Origin: Candidatus Latescibacterota bacterium
GTDB lineage: Bacteria; Latescibacterota; UBA2968; UBA8231
Length of the DNA stretch: 33,129 nucleotides
NCBI GenBank assembly: GCA_022820705.1
Contig: JAJEEZ010000454.1
Span: 1-33,129, forward strand
Direction: 5' to 3'
Below are positions 7,792-16,395 of the stretch, one piece after another. The notes beneath the pieces are model-generated. The model saw only the letters and a program-made list of their open reading frames with translations. It searched no databases and had not been told where the DNA came from. How positions within the stretch are numbered: position 1 is the stretch's first letter; each line of letters starts with the position of its first letter. A program made the translations under genes and the position numbers.

Positions 7792-9462
7792 ATGAAGAAT
7801 GGAATAGTGCGCTCAGGCGTTTGCATCCTAGGGCTCTGGCTTCCCTGTGTAGCCCAAGACGATCTAGTGCTTGCCCAGATAGCAGACCAACCCATCGCCG
7901 TCAGCGAATTCAGAGCCTATGCCGCGAATATTCCCAAAGCCTACCAGATGGGTAAGACCGGTGTTGAGGCCGACCGGATTCTGCTCAATGGACTGATCGA
8001 CAAGAAACTATTGCTCGCCGAGGCGGAACGAGCTGGCATTGGCGACGAACGGGAATTTAAGCACAAGCTCGAGCAGTTCGCCCAGGACCAGACCGTCAGG
8101 CTCTACAGAAGTATCGAGATTGATCAGCGGATTTCCATTGTCGAAGAGGAGTTGATGCAGCACTACCGGGATTCGCACCGGGATCGCGCATTGCGCTATG
8201 CGGGTATTTTGGTAGCGACCCGAGACGAGGCACTCGACCTGCTCGACGAACTAGAGGCTGGCGCTGATTTCAGTCAACTGGCCAGAGAGCACTCGCTTTA
8301 CGAGGCGACGCGGGACCAGGGTGGGGATGTAAAAAAGTACTATACGATTGACGATACGGCTCCACCGCTGCGGAGCATTTTTTCCATGCAGGTCGGCGAG
8401 GTTTCCGAGCCGCTGCCGTGGGGCGGCGACCCGCAGCGCTACGTGATCGCCAAGGTTTTAGACGACGCGCCAGTCACCTTTCGGGAGGTAGCCCGATTCG
8501 TCAGGGAGGAGGTCTTCGCCCAAAAGCGCCTACAGCGCGCCCAAGCCCTGCGCGATTCGCTCAGCGACCAGTACGCGCCGCAAATTCACTACGACAAGAT
8601 AGACCACGTGCTGATGCGCCTAGTGCTGTCGCCTGAAGAACGGGTGGCGTCGCCCGAAGAGGGCGAAGAGATATTGTGCCGCTACAACGGCGGCGCGATC
8701 ACCATTGACGATCTCGTGCTGAGCATACCGGAGAAAGCAGAGGGGTATGAGCGCGATTACGAGCGAACCTGGATCGTCGATTATCTACAGGATTCGGCCG
8801 TCCCCAATCGGATGTTTCTGGCAGAGGCACGCAACAAGGGACTGGATAAAAATCAGATAATCCTCGCGGCGGTGGACAATAAGCGCAGCGATATGCTGGT
8901 GAGCGCGTTGAGAAAGCGAGAGGTTGAGGAGCGGCTGCCGCCGATCACCGATGCAGAGGCACGCGCCTTCTACGATCAAAATCCCGAGAAGTTTCAGGGC
9001 TTTGAGAACATTGTCACGACCGAGATTCTGGTGGCCTTTAAGGAGCAGGCTCACAGCCTGAAAGAGGAGTTGGTGGGGGGTGCTGACGCGGTGCAGTTGG
9101 CTAGGGACTTTACGATTCGCAAGGAGCGGGCGCACCACGAGGGGCAGTTGGTCTTGAGTCCGATTGGGCTGTACCAAGATATCTACAAAGTAGCCAAAGA
9201 GCTGCAGGTGGGGGATGTAGGGGGACCGGTAAAGGTGAGAGGAGGGTATTCGGTATTCAAGGTGGAGGAAAAGCAACCGGCCCCCAAGAAGCCCTACCAT
9301 GTTTTTTCGGAGCGGCGTGCGCGGGCTTATGTGAAAATTGCACGTTCGCAAAAGGCGTACGTGCAGTATATGCGCGGGTTACACAAGAAGTACTCGGTCG
9401 AAATTTTCGAGGATAACTTGTTGAAAATTCAAGAGGAGGAGGAAGACGTGCAGGGGGGATGA
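7792..9462 (+). CDS. Exported peptidyl-prolyl cis-trans isomerase / SurA-PrsA-like chaperone with two parvulin (PpiC) domains
   Basis: Signal peptide. SurA-N-like helices (LIDKKLLLAEA; RMFLAEARNKGLD) occur twice, as do parvulin motifs (ILV...GADFSQLAREHS...GGDV...GEVSEP; ILV...GADAVQLARDFT...GDVGGPVKVRGGYSVFKV). Confidence 0.85.
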   Translation: MKNGIVRSGVCILGLWLPCVAQDDLVLAQIADQPIAVSEFRAYAANIPKAYQMGKTGVEADRILLNGLIDKKLLLAEAERAGIGDEREFKHKLEQFAQDQTVRLYRSIEIDQRISIVEEELMQHYRDSHRDRALRYAGILVATRDEALDLLDELEAGADFSQLAREHSLYEATRDQGGDVKKYYTIDDTAPPLRSIFSMQVGEVSEPLPWGGDPQRYVIAKVLDDAPVTFREVARFVREEVFAQKRLQRAQALRDSLSDQYAPQIHYDKIDHVLMRLVLSPEERVASPEEGEEILCRYNGGAITIDDLVLSIPEKAEGYERDYERTWIVDYLQDSAVPNRMFLAEARNKGLDKNQIILAAVDNKRSDMLVSALRKREVEERLPPITDAEARAFYDQNPEKFQGFENIVTTEILVAFKEQAHSLKEELVGGADAVQLARDFTIRKERAHHEGQLVLSPIGLYQDIYKVAKELQVGDVGGPVKVRGGYSVFKVEEKQPAPKKPYHVFSERRARAYVKIARSQKAYVQYMRGLHKKYSVEIFEDNLLKIQEEEEDVQGG

Positions 9463-10493
9463 GTATGGCTAGTTGGAGATGGGGTTTTGGCGCGTCTGTC
9501 CTAGGAGCCACCCTTTGGATCGGCTGTCAGGAGGGAGCTGAAGAGCCGCTGGCGGTTGGCGGGCCTGGGGCGATAGTTATTGAGTCTCAGGAGGAGTTAG
9601 ATGCTTGGGCGGGGGCGCAGAAGGGAGCCTTTGTGGTGCAGGGGGATTTTTTATTGGAGGACGCGTACTTGAGTAGCATGGAGCCGCTGCGCAATCTGGT
9701 CGGAGTAGAGGGAGATTTCGCAATTCGGAATAACGGGGCACTGACCGACCTGAAGGGGTTGCACAATCTCAGCTATGTAGAGGGTGATTTCGACATTCTC
9801 TCCAATGGATTGATTGCACTGCAAGGGCTGGAACAGCTAGAACGCGTGGGGGGAAATTTCGAGATTAGCTGCAATTTTTCGCTGCGGGATCTTGATGGGC
9901 TTAAAGCGCTCAGGCGCGTCGATGGCCATCTCTTCGTCGATGCCACGACCGAGTTGATTAACATCGATGGTCTGAGCGGGCTGACCCACGTGGGGAGCAG
10001 CATCAAAATCAGGGATAATAAGGCCCTGCGAGATCTAAAGGGGTTGGGCAGTCTCTCAGTGGTAGAGGGGGATCTGCTGCTCATATTCAATGGTGCGCTC
10101 AAAGACCTGCGGGGTTTGAACGGGATTGCGACTATTAAGGGTGGGTTGGCCATTGATGAGCATCCCGTCCTCAATAGCTTGGAAGGGTTGAACGCTCTGG
10201 TGGAGGTCGGAGGCGCTTTGAGCATAAACCGCAACCAAGCCCTGCAAAATCTGGATGGATTGGACAATCTCAGGCAAGTAGGTAAAAGCCTCTACATTGG
10301 CGGCAATGCTCTCCTGAGCAACTTGGACGGGCTGGCCAAGTTGGGCCGAATCGGCACCGGAGAGCGGGACTTGATGATTGTGGAATTGAACCCCTCCTTG
10401 CCCATGAGCGCTGGTTATGAACTAGCTGAGCGACTCGGGTTGGCCGAGCATCAGTTCATCGTCTTCGACAATTTGTCGACTAGTGCGCCGTAA
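9459..10493 (+). CDS. Receptor-L-domain / leucine-rich-repeat lipoprotein
   Basis: ATGA overlap with the PPIase stop; lipobox-like LWIG-C23; about ten ~25-aa repeats of LxxLxGLxxLxxVxGxLxIxxN. Confidence 0.85.
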   Translation: MSMASWRWGFGASVLGATLWIGCQEGAEEPLAVGGPGAIVIESQEELDAWAGAQKGAFVVQGDFLLEDAYLSSMEPLRNLVGVEGDFAIRNNGALTDLKGLHNLSYVEGDFDILSNGLIALQGLEQLERVGGNFEISCNFSLRDLDGLKALRRVDGHLFVDATTELINIDGLSGLTHVGSSIKIRDNKALRDLKGLGSLSVVEGDLLLIFNGALKDLRGLNGIATIKGGLAIDEHPVLNSLEGLNALVEVGGALSINRNQALQNLDGLDNLRQVGKSLYIGGNALLSNLDGLAKLGRIGTGERDLMIVELNPSLPMSAGYELAERLGLAEHQFIVFDNLSTSAP

Positions 10494-10526
10494 AGTCGCA
10501 CCGCTAAATTCCGCTGCATTCCATAT

Positions 10527-12233
10527 ATGGTCGTCCTCTTGCGCCGATTCCATCCCGGCAGATCGGTCCTGTGTTCTCTACTCGCCATCGCGATCTGCTA
10601 TTTCGTCGCCCTCTGCGCCCTCGAAAAACGCGGCTTTTGGATTACCGATAACGCCAACAAATTCCTCCAAGTCCAAGCCTTAGCTAACAGCCGCTACACA
10701 GACTTTTCCATTCCTTGGCCGGGGCAGGTCGTCGATCCAGATTTCGTCTATAATCCCCTGCCCTACTATTTCACGCGCGTCGAGTCCGGCAAACTCTATT
10801 CCGTTTTCTCGCCGGTCTTTGCCCTTATCTCGGCCCTGTTCTTTGACTATTTAGGCCATTGGGGTCTTTATCTGTTACCGGCGCTCTCCTCGCTAGCGAT
10901 GCTGGCCGGTTTGGCCCAACTGGCGCATTTGATCTCCCAGCGAATTGCAGTCGGGCATGTCGCCGTCCTCACCGCCGGACTCTGTACGCCGGTGCTTTTC
11001 TACAGTCTCGTTTTCTGGGAACACACCCCGGCGATTTGCTTGGGGATTTGGAGTGTGCGCTATCTGTTGCAGTTTCTCGCAGACTCTGTCCCCAAGCACC
11101 TATTCTTGGGCATGGCCGCGGCCGGATTATCGGTTTATTTCAGAGACGAGTTCTATTTGCTTTGCCTAGTACTGGCCCTATGTACCGCCTTTTATGCCAG
11201 CGCAGACAAATTAAAAATCCTCGTCTCGTCGGCCCTGATTCTCTTGGTTTCCCTCCTGCCGCTCTGGCTCTTCCAATGGCTGACCATCGGCCATCCCTTC
11301 GGTTACCATTTGAATACGCACCTAGCCACTGCTGCCGACTGGGTCCACCATTTCGCGGCGCGGCCGCGGGTATTTTACAACCTGTTCATAGCGTCCAACC
11401 CGATCCCCTCGTTATCTCTCGTTCTTGCCCTGCCGTTCGTCCTCGTCTTTGTACTCAGCCCGCGCTTTGCGCCCCCGGCTTTGCAAAAGGCCGTACCCGC
11501 GTACAGCGCGGTGGCCCTGATAAGTGCCGGTTTATCTCTCGGGGGCTATTTCTTCTCTGCGAGCCCCATCGACTACATGCTCAAATCGTCCAACGCTCTC
11601 TTTGCTTCGGCCCCCTTTGTAGCCTTGGCCTTCTTGCGTTCGTCCGATTCCGAAACGTCGACTTTTAGACGCTGGATTTGGTTGGTCGCCTTGAGCTTTG
11701 CTGCCCTCTACGCCTTGGCCGCGCCCAAGGTGGGTTCCATGGGCATCCACTGGGGCAATCGCTACTTTCTGTTCCTCTACCCGCTCTTCGCGGTCTTAGC
11801 AGCCGGAAACTTGATTGACTGGCTAGAACGCCAGTGGTCCTACTTCAGCGGAGGTGTCCTTGCGGTGGGTGCTGTGCTGGTGCTTAGCTTTGCCGCCCAA
11901 GTGTACGGAATTTCGATTCTCGCGGAGAAGAAAGAGTTCTCCTATCACCTCAATAGCGAGATGCGCCAGCGCAGCGAAGAGGTCGTCATCACCAACCAGC
12001 GCTGGGTTCCCCATGCCCTCTGCGGTGAATTTTACCAAAGACCTTTCTTTTACGTCGAGACCCCCGGACACTACGAGCGTCTGTTGCAACGCCTTTCAGA
12101 CCAAGGGTACAAGTCCTATATTTTTCTCACTCAGTACCGTGGCGGTGCCCTACAACCCACCGTGGAAGTGGACGATGGGTCCTTGAACTACTTCGATCTC
12201 CAGTTTTTTGCTGAAAAAATTCCCGCTCCCTAG
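10527..12233 (+). CDS. Polytopic membrane protein, probable GT-C-fold (ArnT/PMT-like) glycosyltransferase
   Basis: A first TM helix followed by a loop containing WITDNANKFLQ; many hydrophobic helices; FWEHT and WGNRYFLFLYP motifs; soluble C-terminal domain. This is the typical layout of lipid-linked-sugar transferases. Confidence 0.65.
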   Translation: MVVLLRRFHPGRSVLCSLLAIAICYFVALCALEKRGFWITDNANKFLQVQALANSRYTDFSIPWPGQVVDPDFVYNPLPYYFTRVESGKLYSVFSPVFALISALFFDYLGHWGLYLLPALSSLAMLAGLAQLAHLISQRIAVGHVAVLTAGLCTPVLFYSLVFWEHTPAICLGIWSVRYLLQFLADSVPKHLFLGMAAAGLSVYFRDEFYLLCLVLALCTAFYASADKLKILVSSALILLVSLLPLWLFQWLTIGHPFGYHLNTHLATAADWVHHFAARPRVFYNLFIASNPIPSLSLVLALPFVLVFVLSPRFAPPALQKAVPAYSAVALISAGLSLGGYFFSASPIDYMLKSSNALFASAPFVALAFLRSSDSETSTFRRWIWLVALSFAALYALAAPKVGSMGIHWGNRYFLFLYPLFAVLAAGNLIDWLERQWSYFSGGVLAVGAVLVLSFAAQVYGISILAEKKEFSYHLNSEMRQRSEEVVITNQRWVPHALCGEFYQRPFFYVETPGHYERLLQRLSDQGYKSYIFLTQYRGGALQPTVEVDDGSLNYFDLQFFAEKIPAP

Positions 12234-12266
12234 CTATAGCAATTCTACATCACTTACAAGATAATC

Positions 12267-12292
12267 CGCAGATGGACGCAGATGGACGCAGA
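12267..12292. repeat. Intergenic tandem microrepeat (CGCAGATGGA) x2.6
   Basis: CGCAGATGGA CGCAGATGGA CGCAGA read directly at 12267-12292. Confidence 0.8.
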
Positions 12293-12393
12293 ATAGTAGA
12301 TACAAGACGAGCCGCATCTCGAATCGTTCAAGTTATCGAGGATTGCTATATGACGGCTACACTGCCTTCGTCTTTGGTTTCGCAGCAAAAGCG

Positions 12394-14037
12394 ATGCACG
12401 CGCTGATAAGCGGGGTCTTCATCCTCCTGTGTACGGCTCTTCTGTCAGCCCAACCCCTGCCTACTCAGTTTACCGACCAAGCCGCCGCACTCGGCATCAC
12501 GGCACGGAACGTCTCGGGCAGCACCCAAGAATACATCGTTGAAACTGCTGTGGGTGGTTCGGCCTTTTTCGACTACGATAGCGACGGCGATGTCGATTTA
12601 TACGTGGCCAACGGCTCCCGCTTTGAAGGCTTTCCAACAGGCCAGGAGCCGACCAATCACCTCTACCGCAACCACGGGGATCGCTTTGTCGATGTCACTA
12701 CCGCCGCTGGGGTGGGCGACACGAGTTGGTCTATGGGGTGTGCTGCCGCGGACTACGACAACGATGGCGATCTGGACTTGTATGTGACCAATTTCGGCCG
12801 CAATACCTTCTACCAGAATCGGGGCGATGGCACGTTTGAGGATATTACTGAAAAAGCGGGTGTCGGAGACGAAAGATGGGGCGTCGGCTGCGCTTTCGGC
12901 GATGCCGATTTAGACGGCGATGTCGATCTGTACGTGGCCAATTATATCGACTTTTCGCGGGACTATACTTCTACCGTCCCCTGCGTATGGAAGACCGTCG
13001 ATATTTTTTGCGGTCCGCGCGGCTTGCTCCCCGCTGGCGATGTATTCTACCGCAACAATGGTGACGGCACCTTGGCTGACCGCAGCGAGGAAGCCGGTAT
13101 TGCTGGCGCAAAGTATTATGGGTACGGGGTCGTCTTCGGCGATTTCGACCGCAATGGTTGGCCCGATATCTTCGTCGCCAACGATTCGGCCCCTAACAAT
13201 CTGTACCAGAACCAAGGCGACGGCACCTTTGTCGATGAGGGCCTCAGCGCGGGTGTGGCCTATAGCGGCGACGGCACCGAACAGGGGTGCATGGGTGCCG
13301 CGGTCGGCGATTACGACAACGATGGGTACTTCGATATCTTTGTCACCAATTTTGAAGGCGAGTACAATACCCTGTACAAAAATCAGCGCGGTGGATTTTT
13401 CCTCGACGTATCCTTCGTATCCCAAATTGCGGCGCGGGGCACTCCCGAGGTGGGATGGGGCACGGGGTTTTTCGACTTTGACAACGACGGCGATCAAGAT
13501 CTCTTTGCGGCCAATGGCCACACCTATCCCCAAGCCGACTTGCCCCACACCAACAGCAGCTATGCCGAGCCTAATTTCCTCTATCAAAACTTGGGCGATG
13601 GCACCTTTGCCGAAGTCTCCGAACGCGCCGGGCCGGGCTTTGCCTTAGTCGAGGTGAGCCGAGGTGCCAGCTTTGCCGACTACGACCGCGACGGCGATAT
13701 CGATATCTTCGTCTTAAATCTCAACAGCACGCCCAATCTCCTGCGCAACGATGGCGGCAACGAGGGCAACTACTTGCAAATCGCCACTGTAGGCACCCGC
13801 AGCAACCGCGATGGAATCGGCACCCGCATCGAAATAAGCGCCCAAGGTAAACGCCAGGTCGCCGAGGTGCGCAGTGGCACCAGTTTTCTCTCTCACAGCG
13901 ATCTCAAGGTACACTTTGGCTTGGGCGCTGCCTCCAGCGTCGAAAGCGTCGTCCTCCACTGGCCTAGTGGCACAGTTCAGACGCTGCGCGATGTGGCAGT
14001 CAATCAGGTGTTGACCGTGCGCGAGCCGGCTGATTAG
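12394..14037 (+). CDS. CRTAC1-family protein (FG-GAP/VCBS beta-propeller + ASPIC/UnbV), secreted
   Basis: ATG 12394 gives signal peptide MHALISGVFILLCTALLSA-Q (the ORF track starts at TTG 12343). Seven DxDxDGDxDL repeats. C-terminal SNRDGIG...SFLSHSDLKVHFGLG...WPSG. Confidence 0.9.
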   Translation: MHALISGVFILLCTALLSAQPLPTQFTDQAAALGITARNVSGSTQEYIVETAVGGSAFFDYDSDGDVDLYVANGSRFEGFPTGQEPTNHLYRNHGDRFVDVTTAAGVGDTSWSMGCAAADYDNDGDLDLYVTNFGRNTFYQNRGDGTFEDITEKAGVGDERWGVGCAFGDADLDGDVDLYVANYIDFSRDYTSTVPCVWKTVDIFCGPRGLLPAGDVFYRNNGDGTLADRSEEAGIAGAKYYGYGVVFGDFDRNGWPDIFVANDSAPNNLYQNQGDGTFVDEGLSAGVAYSGDGTEQGCMGAAVGDYDNDGYFDIFVTNFEGEYNTLYKNQRGGFFLDVSFVSQIAARGTPEVGWGTGFFDFDNDGDQDLFAANGHTYPQADLPHTNSSYAEPNFLYQNLGDGTFAEVSERAGPGFALVEVSRGASFADYDRDGDIDIFVLNLNSTPNLLRNDGGNEGNYLQIATVGTRSNRDGIGTRIEISAQGKRQVAEVRSGTSFLSHSDLKVHFGLGAASSVESVVLHWPSGTVQTLRDVAVNQVLTVREPAD

Positions 14038-14039
14038 GG

Positions 14040-14437
14040 AGAGACGTTACGCAGCCTTCTATCTAAGTAAGGGTTCAACTATGGCTATTTTCTATCGCAT
14101 AAGGCATTTTGCGGCAAAGGGGCTACTAACCTATTTTTAGCAAGTACACGTATTATTACGGAGAGTTGCCATGACTAATACCCCCCTGACCCCTGAAGAA
14201 CGTCTATCCAGACTTGAAGGAGTCTATGACCATCTAGCGACGAAGGCCGATATTGCCAACCTCAAAGCCGAGTTGAACAAGGATTTTACGGACCAAATAA
14301 AGGAAGTCAGAAAGAGTTTGAACCAATTGCAGGGGGGTATAGCGGTATTGGGTTTTGTATTAATTATTCTCCAGCTATGGATCAAATTTACCGGCTAAAC
14401 TACGAACGATCCGTGCCCAAGCCTGCGTAATAGCAGT
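14040..14437. mobile_element. Possible small cassette / MITE-like unit bounded by imperfect inverted repeats and carrying the 14171..14398 gene
   Basis: TTACGCAGCCTT (14047-14058) and AAGCCTGCGTAA (14419-14430) are an 11/12 inverted match. The interior is visibly AT-richer than the flanks. No transposase and no clear target-site duplication. Confidence 0.35.
14171..14398 (+). CDS. Small coiled-coil protein with a C-terminal TM helix (DUF1640/CCDC90-like 'ATKADI' type)
   Basis: GGAG SD at 14161-14164; LATKADIANLKAEL heptads; hydrophobic C-terminus GIAVLGFVLIILQLWIKF. Confidence 0.75.
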   Translation: MTNTPLTPEERLSRLEGVYDHLATKADIANLKAELNKDFTDQIKEVRKSLNQLQGGIAVLGFVLIILQLWIKFTG

Positions 14438-14440
14438 GAG

Positions 14441-16390
14441 CTACCATCGCGTCACCACGGCATCCCACCCCGCAATCAGATCTACCGCCATCCACAAACC
14501 CGCGCTGCTGACTTGGCCCAATACCATGCCGAGGAAGAAGGGCCGCAGGCGGCGAAAGAGTGTGATTCCGCCGTACCGCAATACGATCCATTTTGCCAGC
14601 CAGCCCAGCGCCATACTCGACCAAGCGAAAAACATCACGTAGGTCCCCCCCACCGGCAGGCCGATTGGGTGGATCGGCCACCACAAGAAGCGGTGGCGCA
14701 GGTACAACAACAGAAACATCAGCCCGGCCCCCAAGCCGGTGAATGCGCCACGCGGCCCCCAGAAATTCCACGCGGCCACCGGATTGAGTTGATTCGCCGC
14801 CATATCGTTAAACGTCCAGCGGCCCATGATGCTGTAAAACCAGTAGTGGAGATTGACCCCGCCGTAGGTATAGGCGATGGAAAGCACCGTCCAAGCTGAG
14901 GTGACCAAGCTCACGGCGATTGCTATGAGCAAAGCCCAAAACAGCGGCGGCCGGCGCGTCCCGACGACCTCGGCTAGTCGGGTGCTGTTGGAGGCTGCCG
15001 CCATCATGGTCGTGCGGATATCCCCGGCCCAGCCATTGGCAAACCCGAGTACCATCAATCCTCGCGGCCCAATAGGTGCCGTGCCCAGCGCATTGATCAC
15101 AAAGGCTGGCGGCGTCATCTGCGTCCGGCCATACCCCATGCCCCCTTCGGCGACGATCCGCGTCAAACCGACGAATACCACAAAGGCGATAACGAGCAAC
15201 AGCAGCGCCGCTCCCACGGGTAATCCCGCGCTTTTCAACCATAAGAGCGCGTAAAGGAAGGCCCCGATCAGGATCCACACGGCTTTGCGGTAGGAGAGTA
15301 TCTGCCCTGAGCCCTCTTTCGGGTCCTTTTTTTCCCACGCTCCGACGACCACTTCTTTGAGGTGCCGACGGGCGGTCCACAAACTGGCTGCCACGAGGGC
15401 AATCAACGCCCCAATGGCCTGCTGGGCGGTGGCGATGGACCCTTCGGTGTGCATCAGCCGGATCTCTGGAATGCTGAACCCGAGGGTGTTGAAAAGGCCC
15501 AACTGGAAGAAGTTGAGCAAGTAGAAAAACCACAGACTAAAGGAGATCTCCAGACTCAGGAAGTACGTCAGGCCAAGGACGATAAACCACAAGTTGAACA
15601 AGACGCCCCGCATGTCGTGGAAGATGGTCAATTGGGTTGACAACTCGATGGGGGAAATAAAGGGATAGTACTTGTGCAGGGCATTGATTCCCAAGAGGAC
15701 GAAGGGAATGGCAAATCCCAACCACATCAGTGGTTCTTTTAGAAAGGGGTTGACCGCCGAAGGTCTGTCGTCCTCGTGGATCATGTACAGCGGCAACTGG
15801 ACGAGAGGGAAGATCAAGCGCTCATTGCGTGCCCATTGTTCGTGGAGCAAAGCCGACAGGGCGATCATCATCAAATAGAGCGCCCCCAAAAAAGAAGCCC
15901 ATGCCAACAGAGGCACCAACCATGCTTCCCAAGGGATAGCCACCTCTTGGGGCAAGCCTTCGTAGAAGTACTTGACCGCCATCGGGTCTTGCGGTGCCAG
16001 CCACGGCTGGATATAGGGGTGGAGGAGTTCGGCCCAGTTGTTTTCGGGCGTGGCATAGTAATAGACTCCGGCCAAAAAGGGGACCAATTGCGCCGTGACT
16101 CCGGTGGAGGGAATCGCCGAAGCCGCGACCATCATGGCGTAGATTACCACTAGTTCTTGGGTCGATAAGCTCCATTTGCGCCCGAGCCATTTGAGCGGAA
16201 TGTTGACCAATAGCAGGAGGAAGAGGAGGAAAATCGCGCTGAGGGCGATGAAATCACCGGTCCAATCAAGGGTCCCCATCACCAGAAGTCCATAGGGAAA
16301 AACCGTGTTGATCACCACGGCCATCAAAGCGCCGACGAGCAAGGCCCGATACGGCATCCATCTTTTATCGCTGGCGACGAATTGACTCAT
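14441..16390 (-). CDS. DUF6785/DUF6784-like polytopic membrane protein (putative transporter)
   Basis: 649 aa with many TM helices. Motifs ELVVIYAM, YYATPENNW, QWARNERLIFPL, TRIVAEGG, FLWWPIHPIG, KWIVLRYGG and RPFFLG match my recollection of this family. Confidence 0.75.
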   Translation of the reverse strand: MSQFVASDKRWMPYRALLVGALMAVVINTVFPYGLLVMGTLDWTGDFIALSAIFLLFLLLLVNIPLKWLGRKWSLSTQELVVIYAMMVAASAIPSTGVTAQLVPFLAGVYYYATPENNWAELLHPYIQPWLAPQDPMAVKYFYEGLPQEVAIPWEAWLVPLLAWASFLGALYLMMIALSALLHEQWARNERLIFPLVQLPLYMIHEDDRPSAVNPFLKEPLMWLGFAIPFVLLGINALHKYYPFISPIELSTQLTIFHDMRGVLFNLWFIVLGLTYFLSLEISFSLWFFYLLNFFQLGLFNTLGFSIPEIRLMHTEGSIATAQQAIGALIALVAASLWTARRHLKEVVVGAWEKKDPKEGSGQILSYRKAVWILIGAFLYALLWLKSAGLPVGAALLLLVIAFVVFVGLTRIVAEGGMGYGRTQMTPPAFVINALGTAPIGPRGLMVLGFANGWAGDIRTTMMAAASNSTRLAEVVGTRRPPLFWALLIAIAVSLVTSAWTVLSIAYTYGGVNLHYWFYSIMGRWTFNDMAANQLNPVAAWNFWGPRGAFTGLGAGLMFLLLYLRHRFLWWPIHPIGLPVGGTYVMFFAWSSMALGWLAKWIVLRYGGITLFRRLRPFFLGMVLGQVSSAGLWMAVDLIAGWDAVVTRW

Positions 16391-16395
16391 AAACC

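Noticed and set aside
10501-10522. Imperfect 10-bp tandem CCGCTAAATT/CCGCTGCATT
   Set aside because: Two imperfect copies, compatible with chance.
12267-12292. CRISPR-like or diversity-generating repeat
   Set aside because: A 10-bp unit without spacers. No cas or reverse transcriptase genes, and no repeat-spacer array anywhere in the window.
12820-12828. RGD integrin-binding motifs in CRTAC1-like proteins
   Set aside because: They fall within the recurring N-x-G-D-G-T-F repeat turn and are expected by chance.
14092-14119. dif/pdif-like site CTATCGCATAA-GGCATT-TTGCGGCAAAG inside the small cassette
   Set aside because: The XerC-like arm is plausible, but the XerD arm matches TTATGTTAAAT at only 6/11 and there is no partner site.
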